Source: Methanomassiliicoccales archaeon PtaU1.Bin124 (GTDB lineage: Archaea; Thermoplasmatota; Thermoplasmata; Methanomassiliicoccales; UBA472). Taken from it: a DNA stretch of 64,000 nucleotides. Below the pieces are notes generated by a model. That model had not been told where the DNA came from. It saw nothing but the letters and a program-made list of their open reading frames with translations, and ran no database searches. The stretch lies in contig MVRC01000012.1 in NCBI GenBank assembly GCA_002067865.1, positions 93,395 to 157,394 of the forward strand. Reading direction: 5' to 3'. Within the stretch, counting starts at the first letter, position 1. Every line of letters begins with the position of its first letter. This document shows positions 46,242-57,086 of the stretch, one piece after another. Made by a program: the position numbers and the translations under genes.

Positions 46242-47531
46242 TCAGCGAGACCCTTCTTTTGTGCACCACAGCAGTACCTTGTGCTGTGCCCAGACCTCTG
46301 AGACGTTCTTGATGTGAGGGAGATCTGAACATGCGGCACCATCCCCCTTCTCCCGGTCGAACATGTAAACCTTCTTCACTGAGGGTCTGGCCTTGGCCAC
46401 GTTGAGGATCGCGTTCATGTCAAGCCTATCGCAGACCTTCCGGTTCATGGGGTCGATGACCAGGCCGATGTCCTTGATGCCGTAGATGTTCTGCAGGATG
46501 TCCAGGTTCCAAGCTATGGAGCGAGCGCTCACTCCGGGGTTGCGGTCCCTCACCAGGTACCAGTCCCCTTCTCGCTCGATCTCTCCCCTTCCAGGTGTGC
46601 CGGGGAATCCTTGCAGCGCTTCGATGATCTTCGGGGCCTCGATGCCGAACGCATATGCCGCGGCCATGGCCGCCTTCAGGGCGGTGCGGTACGCAGGTGC
46701 CAGAAACGTGCCTGGCAGCTCGACATCGCCCACCGTATCTCCGATCTTGACATGCACCGTGACCGGAACGCCTATCTGCAGCTTGAGGTCGAAGGAGACA
46801 TCGATGTTGCCGCCGGCGCCGAACGTGACCCTGTCGACTGTCGGTGGAATGTGCGCTTCCCAGAGCGACTGTTCGTTCTCCGGGATGACTATCTTGTCCC
46901 ATGCATATTCCAACATGGTCACCTTGCCGTCGAACGCCTTCCGGGTCCTCTCGGCAATGTCATAGTTGTCCCCGATGGTGGTGATGACGCTAACCTGGCT
47001 GATGCCAGTTCCGCCAAGGCTTACCTCGGCCACGGCGACATCGTATCCCTTCAGGTGGGACAGTTCTATGAGCGATGCCGGTGCGATGCTGGTGTTCTCC
47101 TTCAGCATCTTGATGCCGTCGGAATATTCGAAATCGCCCCGGGATGAGTGCAACAATACCTTCTTCCCTGCCTTTGACAGGATATGGGCCAGTATGGAGC
47201 AGGTGGAGGTCTTGGCGCTAGTTCCGGTCACCTCGATGACAGGATAATCGAAACGGATGAGCTCGCCCACCGCCTGGTGATGGCCCATTCTGCGGCTGTA
47301 TTTGGCCTGTCCGATGAAGTGGTCTGGGCAATGGACAGGGACGACCACCAGGTCGAACATCTCCGCAGGCGATTCGGTCACGGTCTTCAGACCCCAGGCC
47401 TTGGCCTGGTCATAATCTTCGGGGGTCATAGTCCGGTGGATATCGACCAATGTGACATCATGCCCTCTGGCGGCGTAGATGGCTCCGATCTTGTCCCCGC
47501 CATGGGTCTGATCTAGAACAAGGATGCGCAA
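46242..47531 (-). CDS. cfbE: Coenzyme F430 synthetase (Mur-ligase-like)
   Basis: 429 aa with the Mur-ligase-type P-loop VTGTSAKTSTCS and a size and context (next to the a,c-diamide synthase) matching CfbE. The assignment is from memory of the family. Confidence 0.65.
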   Translation of the reverse strand: MRILVLDQTHGGDKIGAIYAARGHDVTLVDIHRTMTPEDYDQAKAWGLKTVTESPAEMFDLVVVPVHCPDHFIGQAKYSRRMGHHQAVGELIRFDYPVIEVTGTSAKTSTCSILAHILSKAGKKVLLHSSRGDFEYSDGIKMLKENTSIAPASLIELSHLKGYDVAVAEVSLGGTGISQVSVITTIGDNYDIAERTRKAFDGKVTMLEYAWDKIVIPENEQSLWEAHIPPTVDRVTFGAGGNIDVSFDLKLQIGVPVTVHVKIGDTVGDVELPGTFLAPAYRTALKAAMAAAYAFGIEAPKIIEALQGFPGTPGRGEIEREGDWYLVRDRNPGVSARSIAWNLDILQNIYGIKDIGLVIDPMNRKVCDRLDMNAILNVAKARPSVKKVYMFDREKGDGAACSDLPHIKNVSEVWAQHKVLLWCTKEGSR

Positions 47532-47717
47532 TTTCAGACCTTCTTTATTCTGACATCGATTCTATCGGCGAATATATCAGCGATTCTGTCACAGCACCAA
47601 TTCCGGTGTCCCGCAGCCAGAACTCGATAGCTCAGTGAATCGCCTTCAGAATCAAGTCAGTAACACTTTTTTAAGGATAAATATGTTACAACGAACACTT
47701 CTGGAAGAATGCCGCGT

Positions 47718-49073
47718 TCAATCCCTCAGACACGAACGGGCCAATCCCTCCGCGAAGTCGATGTTGCTCCCGAAATGAAGGTGCATGTATGACGCCAAGG
47801 CCGAGTTCCTGGTGAAGCCGTCCTTCTGGCCGTCGATGCCTTTGTTTCGGGACAGCTCGTATGCGTACACCTTTTCACTGGTAGAGGTGACCTGAGAGAA
47901 ATGGAACACATGCCCTCTGGTCCTTCCGCCCTTGGCCGAGAGGATGCAGTCCTGCTTGCATTCCGCCTCGACGTACCCGACCGCCTGGAGCTTGGGGGTC
48001 ATCTCCACCTTGGCATCGAAAATGCCGGTCATATGGTGAGAGCCATCCTCCTTCGTTCTGACCTCCTTGCAGAAGTACATCAGCCCGCCGCACTCGGCAT
48101 AGGCCGGAATGCCATCGTTCACGCTCTTGCGCAATCCGTCCTTCAAGCTTTCATTAGCAGCCAGCTCGGCCAGATGCAGTTCTGGATATCCTCCGCCAAA
48201 ATAGTAACCATCTGCGTCAGGGAGGTCATCATGGACCGGCGAGAAGTTGACGATCTCGCCGCCCATCTCCTTCAATATGTCGAAGTTGTCCTCGTAGTAG
48301 AAGTTGAAGGCCTCATCCCTGGCCACGCCCAATCTGAACTTGTCGATCTTTTCGATCGATGGCTCTTCGACCCTCCTCCAATCAGGGGCGTTCCTGGCGA
48401 TCTCGATGAGGGCGTCCATGTGCAGATTGTCCTCGACCATCTCTCTGATCTCGTCATACCTGGCCCTGTTGTCCTGTTCCGTCGCCGGGACCAGACCGAG
48501 ATGGCGGCTCTCCAGTTCGATGTTGCGATTCCTCGGCATGCCCCCGATGCTGACCAGTCCCAGGCCTTCGATGGACTGCTCCACCATCTCCAGATGCTTC
48601 TCTCCGCTCACGTTGTTGAAGATGACACCTCTGACGTCAACGTCTGGGTCGAACGTCTTGAAGCCCTTTGCCACAGCACCGACGCTGCGAGAGCTGGATG
48701 ACGCGTCGACCACCAGTATTACAGGGCAGCCCAACTGCTTTGACAAATGAGACGAACTTCCTTCCTCGCTGCGACCGTCCAGGCCATCATATAGACCCAT
48801 GACGCCCTCCACTACGTTGACGTCCGCACCGACTGAATTCCGCTGGAACGATACGGGAACCCATTCCGGGAACATCCAGGTGTCCAGGTTCCTCGATATC
48901 CTCTTGCTGACCTCGTTGTGGTGCATGGGATCGAGGAAGTCAGGGCCGGCCTTGAACGGCTGGACCTCCAGACCTCTGGCGGCCAATGCTGCCAGTATGC
49001 CAATGGTGATGGTGGACTTGCCCACGCCGCTGCGCTCACCGGAGATCATGATCCGAGGGACCTTCATCGTCAC
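47718..49073 (-). CDS. cfbB: Tetrapyrrole a,c-diamide synthase (CbiA family; Ni-sirohydrochlorin a,c-diamide synthase CfbB or cobyrinate a,c-diamide synthase)
   Basis: 451 aa with the P-loop SGERSGVGKSTIT and the glutamine amidotransferase nucleophile context YAECGGLMYF. Adjacency to the cfbE-like gene favours CfbB. Confidence 0.7.
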   Translation of the reverse strand: MTMKVPRIMISGERSGVGKSTITIGILAALAARGLEVQPFKAGPDFLDPMHHNEVSKRISRNLDTWMFPEWVPVSFQRNSVGADVNVVEGVMGLYDGLDGRSEEGSSSHLSKQLGCPVILVVDASSSSRSVGAVAKGFKTFDPDVDVRGVIFNNVSGEKHLEMVEQSIEGLGLVSIGGMPRNRNIELESRHLGLVPATEQDNRARYDEIREMVEDNLHMDALIEIARNAPDWRRVEEPSIEKIDKFRLGVARDEAFNFYYEDNFDILKEMGGEIVNFSPVHDDLPDADGYYFGGGYPELHLAELAANESLKDGLRKSVNDGIPAYAECGGLMYFCKEVRTKEDGSHHMTGIFDAKVEMTPKLQAVGYVEAECKQDCILSAKGGRTRGHVFHFSQVTSTSEKVYAYELSRNKGIDGQKDGFTRNSALASYMHLHFGSNIDFAEGLARSCLRD

Positions 49074-49333
49074 AGGGCTCCTTTATCGGAATAATCGAGA
49101 AAATTCGATGTGCGGTCTCGGGCAGGTGTCACGAACCTACCAGCAAACCAATTGGCCATCTCAACATCTGGCATCGGTCTAAACCGCACTTCGTAATCCC
49201 TGGATAGGGTATCGACCATTTTTCTATAAATATATGTTGGATGTATCATCCAATCAAAAATCTGACAACGAATTTTGTGGGAAAACCCAGCATGAACAAG
49301 GAAAATTGTATAAACTGGCTGGGGTTTTGAAGG

Positions 49334-50140
49334 ATGGACATGACAACAGTAGCGATATTGCGCACCAAGGACAAGAAGGAGGAGAGCGTGCGCATGGCGG
49401 AGGAGATGGGCTTAACCGTCCGTTTCGCCTCGCCGCTGGAACTGGCAGAGAAGGACAGCACCAAGTTCTGGCAGTTCGTGGAGGAGGTTGAATCAGGGAA
49501 GGCGAAGCAGGTCGTGCTGACCAGTTCCACCGCGGTCAAGTACATGCTGAATCTGCTGCAGAAGAAGGAGAAAGCCGGGGCGGTCGTCAAGAAGCTGAAC
49601 GAGAAGGGGATCATCGCCATCGGTCCGTTGACAGCAGAGACGGCCAGGAAGGAATGGATCAAGGCCACTGCCATTCCGGAGAAGTTCAACATCGAAGGGT
49701 TGGTCGTTCATCTCAAAGGTCGCATCACCGCGGGAGAGAAGGTGTGGGTCCTACGGTCCGACAAGACAATGGATGTTCTGGTAAAAGGTCTGGAAGCCTC
49801 TGGAGCCAAGGTGGAGGAGGTGGCCGTCTATTCATTACGGAGGAGCGAACCGGACCGGGCCCTGCTGGACGTGTACTATTGGACGGTGCATGGCGGGATC
49901 GATGCTTATGTGTTCACAAGTGCTATGACGGCCGAGGTGTTCATCGAGGATGGTGAGAAGAAGTATGGCGTGAGGCAGTTCGGCCAGGCGCTGAACTCGT
50001 CGGTCATCGCCGCCATCGGTGAGCCGACCAAGAACACGCTGGAACGTTTGGGCATCGATGTAGACGTCATGCCCGATGACGCCACCTTCGAGAAGACGAT
50101 GCAGGCCCTTCAGAAGTTCATCCACCGGGACCAGAACTAG
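49334..50140 (+). CDS. hemD: Uroporphyrinogen-III synthase
   Basis: 268 aa with a two-lobed HEM4-like pattern (VVLTSSTAV...IAIGPLTA...VFTSAMTA...AAIGEPT). It ends at TAG, overlapping the convergent cbiO stop by 4 nt. Confidence 0.65.
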   Translation: MDMTTVAILRTKDKKEESVRMAEEMGLTVRFASPLELAEKDSTKFWQFVEEVESGKAKQVVLTSSTAVKYMLNLLQKKEKAGAVVKKLNEKGIIAIGPLTAETARKEWIKATAIPEKFNIEGLVVHLKGRITAGEKVWVLRSDKTMDVLVKGLEASGAKVEEVAVYSLRRSEPDRALLDVYYWTVHGGIDAYVFTSAMTAEVFIEDGEKKYGVRQFGQALNSSVIAAIGEPTKNTLERLGIDVDVMPDDATFEKTMQALQKFIHRDQN

Positions 50141-50946
50141 CGTCCTTTCATGAGCTGTTCGTATGCCTCTTCCACCGTAAGTGGCGGAGGAAAGTTTGTT
50201 CCCGTTCCTTTGGAGTACATCATCATCAGACGGGAGAAGGAAGGCAGCTCCAGATTGGCTTCCTTCAATACCTTCTCATCCTTCACCAGATCGCGGAAGC
50301 TGCCGTCGAAGATGACCTTGCGCTTTAGCACGATGACCCTCTCCGTCAGCTCGAACGCCACCGATAGGTCGTGGGTGGCCAGTATGAACCCCTGAGGCAG
50401 GGACTTGAGGATGTTCACCAGGTCCCTTCTTCCTTGCGGGTCGAGGTTGGCCGTCGGTTCGTCCAGTAAAAGGGTCGGTGGGGACATAGCGAGTAGGCCA
50501 GCGATCGCCACACGCTTCTTCTCTCCGATGGACAGACGATGGGGGACCCTGTCTGCCAGATCGACAACTCCAGCCTGTGCCAGTGCAGAATCGACCCGGC
50601 GATTGACCTCGGCTTCGTCCAGTCCCATGTTGTTCGGTCCGAATGCCACATCTTCTCTCACGGTAGGCATGAATATCTGGTCATCGGGATCCTGGAACAG
50701 GAAACCGACCCTGCGGCGGACTTCCGGGGCAGATCTCTTGGCGAGCTGGATCCCGTCCACATCGACGTTCCCTTTGGAAGGCAAGCTGAGCCCGGCCATG
50801 AGGTGCAGTAGAGTGCTCTTGCCGGCACCGTTCGGCCCGACCAGAGAGACCTTCTCCCCCTGCCTGAGCGCAATATCGATGTCCTCCAGCACGAAAGGGC
50901 CTTCAGAATAGCGGTAGCATACCTTCTGCAGGTTCAAAGCGTCCAA
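50137..50946 (-). CDS. cbiO: ECF transporter ATPase (CbiO/NikO)
   Basis: 269 aa with Walker A GPNGAGKSTL, the signature LSIGEKKRVA and Walker B LLLDEPTANLD. Confidence 0.9.
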   Translation of the reverse strand: MDALNLQKVCYRYSEGPFVLEDIDIALRQGEKVSLVGPNGAGKSTLLHLMAGLSLPSKGNVDVDGIQLAKRSAPEVRRRVGFLFQDPDDQIFMPTVREDVAFGPNNMGLDEAEVNRRVDSALAQAGVVDLADRVPHRLSIGEKKRVAIAGLLAMSPPTLLLDEPTANLDPQGRRDLVNILKSLPQGFILATHDLSVAFELTERVIVLKRKVIFDGSFRDLVKDEKVLKEANLELPSFSRLMMMYSKGTGTNFPPPLTVEEAYEQLMKGR

Positions 50947-51665
50947 TGCAGCACCCCCAGTTGGGCAGCGACCAGTATCGTTGCTGAAATGAGATATGCT
51001 ATCGCGAACACAACATCCCTCCCCTTTGCTTTCAATGGGGTGGCTGAACGGACCTCTCCGTTATATCCTCTGGCAAGGAGGGCATTATAGATGTGGTTGG
51101 CCCTGTCGTTGGCCCTGACGAAGACCATTCCGATCGTGTTTGAAAGGGTGGTGAACGCCGACCTGTCTAGCAGGCTCTTTCCTCCAGTGAATCCTCTCGC
51201 TTTACGGGAGAGCCTCATCCTGCCCATCTCGTCCAGCAGCACGAAGATGAACCGGTAGGTGAACATCATCAGGTTGCACATGAGCGGCGGGACCCTGAAC
51301 CAGCGGAGTGCCCTGAGCGTGTCGAAGAAGGGGGTGGTGGAGACGAGCACCAGCAGCACCAGGATGGAAGCGGAGATGCGCATTCCCATCAGCAGAGCGC
51401 TCATCCAACCAGCGGTCAAGAGCAACGCCAACGAAGCGATCAGGATGAACGGGAAGGTAAGGAGGAAGTTGTGCCCGATGTGCCTCATCGGCACTCCCGA
51501 TATCTCGACCATCATCAGTGCGAACGTGAGCGAGATCCAGACAGCAAGAGGTTCTCTCATGAACGCCAGCACGACGATGAAAACGATGGTCGCTGCCAAC
51601 TTCACCCTGGGGTCGAAGCTGATCAACCGGGTGCTGCGGGCATACCTATCGATCTCGTCCTGCAA
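50934..51665 (-). CDS. cbiQ: ECF transporter T component (CbiQ/NikQ)
   Basis: 243 aa, polytopic, with the conserved ARG-type motifs (RLSRKARGF and LARGY). It overlaps cbiO by 13 nt. Confidence 0.85.
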   Translation of the reverse strand: MQDEIDRYARSTRLISFDPRVKLAATIVFIVVLAFMREPLAVWISLTFALMMVEISGVPMRHIGHNFLLTFPFILIASLALLLTAGWMSALLMGMRISASILVLLVLVSTTPFFDTLRALRWFRVPPLMCNLMMFTYRFIFVLLDEMGRMRLSRKARGFTGGKSLLDRSAFTTLSNTIGMVFVRANDRANHIYNALLARGYNGEVRSATPLKAKGRDVVFAIAYLISATILVAAQLGVLHWTL

Positions 51666-51676
51666 GGTCGGCCCTC

Positions 51677-51958
51677 CTAGCCTGACTTCTGACCACGTTT
51701 TTTGGCCAGCAACCAGAATGCAGTGAATGAGAGCAGCACGGCGACAAAACCGATGATCCCCATGACCAAGGAGGAACCATAGGCGGAACCGTAATCCAGT
51801 GGCGCGTTGTAGATCGGCTCGCTCTCCACGATGCCTTCATCTGATGTGGTCCTCTCCAGGCCATCGCCCATTTCGGCGCTGAAGACGTAGAAGCCGACCA
51901 GGCCGATGGCGAACACTGCGATCAACACAATGGCGGCCTTGATGTTCTTGCCCATCAT
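51677..51958 (-). CDS. Small two-helix membrane component at the CbiN/NikN position; carries a GDGLE motif
   Basis: 93 aa with TM1 AAIVLIAVFAIGLVGFYVF, then AEMGDGLERT, then TM2 LVMGIIGFVAVLLSFTAFWLL. It overlaps the M-component stop by 4 nt. Confidence 0.7.
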   Translation of the reverse strand: MMGKNIKAAIVLIAVFAIGLVGFYVFSAEMGDGLERTTSDEGIVESEPIYNAPLDYGSAYGSSLVMGIIGFVAVLLSFTAFWLLAKKRGQKSG

Positions 51959-52617
51959 GCCAGGGCCTCCTGCGGCCTGCCGATCCTCATCTTGAGCGTC
52001 TCCGGTGCTACGCGGGTCAGGAACGCCACGATGCCTACGGTTATGATCGCCTCACCGATGCCGATGAAGAGATGCCAGCCTAACATCGCTGGTACTGCGA
52101 GGGACATGGCCATGCCATATTCCCCCCCTGATATCGAATAACTTAAGCCCAGTTCCACCGCCGCCGCGAATGCGCCGAGAAATACTGATGTCCAGGCGGC
52201 TGCTGATGTGGCCGGAAGGGCGAACTTGCCACGGAAGACGTATAGGATGCCGCCGGTCACCAAAGGTGCTATGACGGCCATATTGAGCAGATTGAGGCCT
52301 AGTGCGGTGATGCCGCCATCGCCGAATACGAGGCATTGGATGGTGAGAATGACCGTCATTACGACGACCCCGCCCCAGGTGCCGAGAAGCAGAACGGCCA
52401 AGGTGGCGCCGACCAGATGTCCAGTGGTACCTCCGCCGACAGGGAAGTTGAGCATCTGGGCCACGAAGATGCCAGCGGCCAGGAGGGCCATGAACGGCAC
52501 GGTCCTTTCGTCCACCGTGCGGCCTACGCGATAAAATGCATAGGCCACGACCGGCAGGGCCAGGATGAACCCGAGGATCCATACCTCAGGCGCCATAAGA
52601 CCGTCCCAGATGTGCAC
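51955..52617 (-). CDS. cbiM: ECF transporter substrate-capture component (CbiM/NikM)
   Basis: 220 aa with a GTG start and the N-terminus MHIWDG, the metal-binding Met-His N-terminus typical of CbiM/NikM. Polytopic. Confidence 0.85.
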   Translation of the reverse strand: MHIWDGLMAPEVWILGFILALPVVAYAFYRVGRTVDERTVPFMALLAAGIFVAQMLNFPVGGGTTGHLVGATLAVLLLGTWGGVVVMTVILTIQCLVFGDGGITALGLNLLNMAVIAPLVTGGILYVFRGKFALPATSAAAWTSVFLGAFAAAVELGLSYSISGGEYGMAMSLAVPAMLGWHLFIGIGEAIITVGIVAFLTRVAPETLKMRIGRPQEALA

Positions 52618-52721
52618 TTTATTACCCCATGTAACACGAAATCAGATTTAGTGCTACGGCATTAGGGCCAGTGTTATAAAAGGATTGGGAATAGAATGAA
52701 GGAGTTTAGGAGAGATTGGGC

Positions 52722-53522
52722 TTAGTGGTGCTTCGAGCCACAGGCCTGCTTCAGCTTGGTGACATAGTTGCCGACCTTGTCTGGCGGCACTCCTTCAATC
52801 ATGCGCTTCAGAAGGGCGCTTCCAACGATAGCGCCGTCGGCTCCGGCCATGCGCAGGTCCTGCATCTGCATGAACTCGCTCAGGCCGAAACCTACGACCA
52901 CTGGCAACCTTCCCGCCAGGTGCTTTGTATGACCGATGAGCTGCCTCAGCTCGGGCTTGATCTGCGTCATCTTTCCGGTCGTTCCGGTCCTGCTGACCAG
53001 ATAGAGATAACCGGTCGATTCCCTGGCGATGATGATCATGCGCTCAGGCGGAGTGAGCCTGGTGACCATCTGGATCATGTCCAGCCCCTTGATCCTGCAG
53101 GCGCGGCTCATGCCGGCTGATTCCTCCAACGGAAGGTCGGCCACGATGATCCCGTCCGCTCCCGCCTCGGCGGCGCGCGTAACGAACGTCCCCTCGCCCA
53201 TAGCAAAGATGGGGTTGTAGTAGCCCATGAGCACGATCGGTATGTCGCTCTCCGCCCTCAGACAACGCACAAGTTCGAACACCTGGTTCGGTCTGGTGCC
53301 TGTCCTGATAGCATGATCGGAGGTGTACTGGATGATCGGTCCGTCGGCCACGGGGTCGGTAAATGGCACACCGATCTCGATGACATCGGCGCCAGCCCGG
53401 TCGACCGCCAGCAGGTACTCTAGGCTGCGACCGAGGTCAGGATATCCTGCCGTGAGGTAGCAGACCAGTGCCATGCTGCCGTCGTCCTTGCAGCGCTGGA
53501 ACATCTGGGGCATGCGCTTCAT
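52722..53522 (-). CDS. trpA: Tryptophan synthase alpha chain
   Basis: 266 aa with [18 protein letters not shown] and GFGLS. Confidence 0.9.
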   Translation of the reverse strand: MKRMPQMFQRCKDDGSMALVCYLTAGYPDLGRSLEYLLAVDRAGADVIEIGVPFTDPVADGPIIQYTSDHAIRTGTRPNQVFELVRCLRAESDIPIVLMGYYNPIFAMGEGTFVTRAAEAGADGIIVADLPLEESAGMSRACRIKGLDMIQMVTRLTPPERMIIIARESTGYLYLVSRTGTTGKMTQIKPELRQLIGHTKHLAGRLPVVVGFGLSEFMQMQDLRMAGADGAIVGSALLKRMIEGVPPDKVGNYVTKLKQACGSKHH

Positions 53523-54697
53523 TTGATCAGCCCCTGGGAATGCACGATCTCCAGGTCCTTGTCCCCGCGTCCGGAGACGGTGATGACCACGACCTGGTCC
53601 CTGTCCATGTTACGCGCCCGGTTCACGCCTGCCCATACCGCATGGGCCGATTCCAACGCAGGGATGATGCCCTCCTGACGTGACAGCGTGACGAACGATT
53701 CCAGCGCATGCTCGTCAGTGATCCCCTCATACACCACGCGTTTGATGTCCTTCAGATAGGAATGCTCCGGTCCGACGCCCGGGTAGTCCAGTCCAGGTGC
53801 GATGCTGTGAGCCGGCTTCACCATCCCGTCCTCGTCCTGCAAAAGGTATGACTTGCAGCCTTGCAGAACTCCGACAGTGCCAGCGGTGAGCGTGGCCGAA
53901 TGAACGCCGGTGTGTATGCCGTATCCGGCCGCCTCCGCACCGAGCATGTTGACACCCTTGTCCTTCAGGAATGGGTAGAAGGTACCGATGGCATTGCTGC
54001 CTCCTCCCACGCAGGCGACAAGCAGGTCTGGGAGCTTCCCCTCCATTTCCTTAAGCTGCGTGCGGATCTCATTGCCGATGACGCACTGGAAGTCTCGCAC
54101 CATCTCAGGATAGGGGTGTGGACCACCGGCCGTTCCCAGCATGTAGTAGGTGGTCTCGACGCTGGCCGCCCATTCCCTCAGCGCCTCGTTCATGGCGTCC
54201 TTCAAGGTGCAGGAGCCGGTCGTCACCTCATGCAGCTTCGCGCCCATGAGCTTCATGCGGAAGACGTTCATCTTCTGCCGTTTCACGTCCTCGGCGCCCA
54301 TGAATATCTCCGCTTCCAGTCCAAGAACGGCCGCTGCCATGGCCGTGGCGGTGCCGTGCTGCCCAGCACCGGTCTCGGCGATGATATGCCGCTTGCCCAT
54401 GCGCTTTGCCACCAGCGCCTGACCCATGACGTTGTTGAACTTGTGAGCGCCGCCGTGGCAGAGGTCCTCCCGCTTCAGGTAGATCTTCGCTCCGCCGGTC
54501 GATTCAGTGAGCCTCTTGGCATAATAGAGAGGGGTCGGCCTGCCGCCGTAGTGCTTGTGATACCACTCCAGCTCCTCTTGGAACAACTTGTCGTTCTTGC
54601 ACTCCTGGTAGACCCGTTCCAGCTGCTGCAGTGCCGGCATGAGTATCTCCGGCATGTACTGCCCGCCATACTCGCCGTACCTTCCTTTGCGCGACAT
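53519..54697 (-). CDS. trpB: Tryptophan synthase beta chain
   Basis: 392 aa with the PLP-lysine context HGGAHKFNN and GGGSNAIG. Confidence 0.95.
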   Translation of the reverse strand: MSRKGRYGEYGGQYMPEILMPALQQLERVYQECKNDKLFQEELEWYHKHYGGRPTPLYYAKRLTESTGGAKIYLKREDLCHGGAHKFNNVMGQALVAKRMGKRHIIAETGAGQHGTATAMAAAVLGLEAEIFMGAEDVKRQKMNVFRMKLMGAKLHEVTTGSCTLKDAMNEALREWAASVETTYYMLGTAGGPHPYPEMVRDFQCVIGNEIRTQLKEMEGKLPDLLVACVGGGSNAIGTFYPFLKDKGVNMLGAEAAGYGIHTGVHSATLTAGTVGVLQGCKSYLLQDEDGMVKPAHSIAPGLDYPGVGPEHSYLKDIKRVVYEGITDEHALESFVTLSRQEGIIPALESAHAVWAGVNRARNMDRDQVVVITVSGRGDKDLEIVHSQGLIK

Positions 54698-54698
54698 T

Positions 54699-55319
54699 TC
54701 ACTTCCTCTTGCTCTCTTTGATGAACTGCTCGATCAATTGCACGGATTTGGCCCCGTTCTCCTCTACGCCCGAGGAGACGTCCACTACTGCCGGCTCGAC
54801 CTTGCTCACGCCCTCGGCGATGTTGTCAGGGCTCAGGCCGCCGGCCAATACCACTTCAAATGGGAAAAGGAAGTCCCTGGCTTCCCTGCACATGTACCAA
54901 TCGTTGACGACCCCGCTCCCTCCGCCCTGGGGGCTGGGGGAGTCCAATAGCACCTTGTCGACGATGTTGGACAGCACCTTAAGCCGCATCATGTCGAACG
55001 GCTCCTCCACGGTGTACAGAGCCCAGACCTCTATGCCCAGCACGTCCTTCAGCCGCCTCAGCTCCATCACGGACAGGTTGGAATGTACCTGGAGGATATC
55101 CGGCCTCAGCTCCTTGCATAGCTGTTCCAGGCGTTGTGAGTCCTTCGACGTGCTGACCAGGACCTTCTTCTGGGTCGTCAGCGTCATCAGCTCCTTGGCC
55201 TTTTCGACGTCCAGGCAGCGAGGCGACTGAGTCTCCAGGATGAATCCTACGTAATCGGCCTGCCTTGCCGCCTCCAGATCATGGCGGGAACGCATCCCGC
55301 ATATCTTCACCTTGGTCAT
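54699..55319 (-). CDS. trpF: Phosphoribosylanthranilate isomerase
   Basis: 206 aa with [16 protein letters not shown] and LAGGLSPDN. Confidence 0.85.
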   Translation of the reverse strand: MTKVKICGMRSRHDLEAARQADYVGFILETQSPRCLDVEKAKELMTLTTQKKVLVSTSKDSQRLEQLCKELRPDILQVHSNLSVMELRRLKDVLGIEVWALYTVEEPFDMMRLKVLSNIVDKVLLDSPSPQGGGSGVVNDWYMCREARDFLFPFEVVLAGGLSPDNIAEGVSKVEPAVVDVSSGVEENGAKSVQLIEQFIKESKRK

Positions 55320-56101
55320 CGGGGGATCACCAGTTGATGCAATCGTGACATTGGGTCGTAGCAGGAGGACAGTTCCGTTCCGATCAGGACGGCGTCCGCT
55401 CCAGCATTCCGCACGTCGATAAGGTCGTCCCGGCAGCGCAGGCCGCTCAGCACCACGATCGGTCTGGGGTCCTCGCGGATCAATGGCAGCACTCTGACGC
55501 CGTGGCCGTGATGGACTCTCAGGTCGCGAAGGTCGCGCTGGTTGACACCGAGGATATCGGCCTCGCTGTTCATGGCCTCGAACATGTCCAGGGCGGTGTG
55601 GCCTTCCAGCAGCACCTCAAGACCGAGGTCGTGCGCCAGCTCGATGAGGTCATCCCTCCTCCACTTGCCTTCGTTTCCGGGGTATGCTCCTTGTATCATG
55701 AGCACTGCGCTGGCTCCGTAACGAGCGGCGGCCTCGATCTGCCGTTCGGAAACGATGAAGTCCTTCATCAGCACCGGCATGTTGTCCCAGCGGACCAGCT
55801 CGATGTTGTGCATGCTGCCGCCGAACAGCTTCGGCTCGGTGAGGACGGAGAGAGCGGCCGCGCCGCCCTTCACATAATCGTTCACCAGCTTGATCACGCT
55901 GTGCGGCGAGATGATGGAATTGGACGGCGAGGCCACCTTCAGCTCGGCGATGATGGGAAAGAACGGATGCCTTTCTATGCCGAGGGTGAGCGGCCAGCGG
56001 GTAGGGATCTGCAGCGCGGGCAGGGAGTCATAGTAGCCGGACAGCACCAGCTCATGAGCTCCCTTAACCATCTTCCCAAGCTGGTCGAAAGTCCCTAACA
56101 A
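55316..56101 (-). CDS. trpC: Indole-3-glycerol-phosphate synthase
   Basis: 261 aa with IAELKVASPS, LMKDFIV and VNQRDL. Confidence 0.85.
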   Translation of the reverse strand: MLGTFDQLGKMVKGAHELVLSGYYDSLPALQIPTRWPLTLGIERHPFFPIIAELKVASPSNSIISPHSVIKLVNDYVKGGAAALSVLTEPKLFGGSMHNIELVRWDNMPVLMKDFIVSERQIEAAARYGASAVLMIQGAYPGNEGKWRRDDLIELAHDLGLEVLLEGHTALDMFEAMNSEADILGVNQRDLRDLRVHHGHGVRVLPLIREDPRPIVVLSGLRCRDDLIDVRNAGADAVLIGTELSSCYDPMSRLHQLVIPR

Positions 56102-56105
56102 TCGC

Positions 56106-57077
56106 TCACCTCGTGCTGATCTCCCTCAGGTGGTCCAGTTTCTCCGCGGCCTTCCCGGAGCGCAAGACATCGCGCGCCAGGTCCAGGCCCGTCGGGATGT
56201 CCTTCGCCGCTCCGAACGCGTAGAGGCCGAAGGCGGCGTTCAGGGCCACCATCTCGGATCTCGGTCCCTCCTCCCCCGCAAGTATGCTCCGGGCGATCTC
56301 AGCCGACCGTCCGGGCGGCTGCTCCGCCACGTCCGCGGGGCCAGGAACCTCCAATCCCAGGTCTTTAGGCGTTATCTCGTATTTTATAATCCCGTTGTGG
56401 AGGACCTCTGCCACATATGTCGGGCCCAGCGGCGATACCTCGTCCATGCCTGGCGAGCCATGCACGACCAATGCCCGGTCCACTCCGATGCCCTGCAGGA
56501 CCGGGGGGATGATGTCGACCAATCTTCCATCGTACACGCCGATGAGATGTCTCTTCCTCGCCTGGACCGGGTTCAGGAGGGGGCCGAGGATGTTGAAGAC
56601 CGTCTTCCTCTTCAGGTCTCGGCGCACCTGGGCGGCGTTCCTCATGGCAGGGTGGTAGATCGGGGCGAAGAGGAATGCGAATCCGATGTTGTCCAGTGCG
56701 TACGAGGCAACTTCAGGGCTCATATCGATCTTGACGCCCAGCTCGCGCAGTACATCGGCCGAACCGCACACCCCGTTGGCCGAGCGGTTCCCGTGCTTTG
56801 CCACCGGTACGCCAGCCGCTGACACCACCAGCGAGGCTAGGGTGGAAACGTTGAAGGTGCGGAACGAGGCTCCGCCGGTGCCGCACATGTCCAGGACGAC
56901 CTCGTGCTTCGTCGGCAAAGGAACGGCCGCCATCTGGAACGGACGCAGGAAGGCCAATATCTCTTCAGGCCTCTCACCCCTGTCGCCCATCTCCACCAGG
57001 ACGTTGCGCAGCCTGGTCTGGTCGACCGTGCCCTCGCACACGCCCCTGGCGATCTCCTCCATCATCATCTGCGCCAT
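56106..57077 (-). CDS. trpD: Anthranilate phosphoribosyltransferase
   Basis: 323 aa with DMCGTGGASFRTFNVST and KHGNRS. Confidence 0.9.
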   Translation of the reverse strand: MAQMMMEEIARGVCEGTVDQTRLRNVLVEMGDRGERPEEILAFLRPFQMAAVPLPTKHEVVLDMCGTGGASFRTFNVSTLASLVVSAAGVPVAKHGNRSANGVCGSADVLRELGVKIDMSPEVASYALDNIGFAFLFAPIYHPAMRNAAQVRRDLKRKTVFNILGPLLNPVQARKRHLIGVYDGRLVDIIPPVLQGIGVDRALVVHGSPGMDEVSPLGPTYVAEVLHNGIIKYEITPKDLGLEVPGPADVAEQPPGRSAEIARSILAGEEGPRSEMVALNAAFGLYAFGAAKDIPTGLDLARDVLRSGKAAEKLDHLREISTR

Positions 57078-57086
57078 CGGTCGACC

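Noticed and set aside
47627-47637. ATAGCTCAGTG, resembling a tRNA D-arm, in the cfbE-cfbB intergenic region
   Set aside because: There is no matching acceptor stem, no anticodon arm and no GTTC(G/A)A T-loop within 80 nt on either strand. It is not a tRNA.
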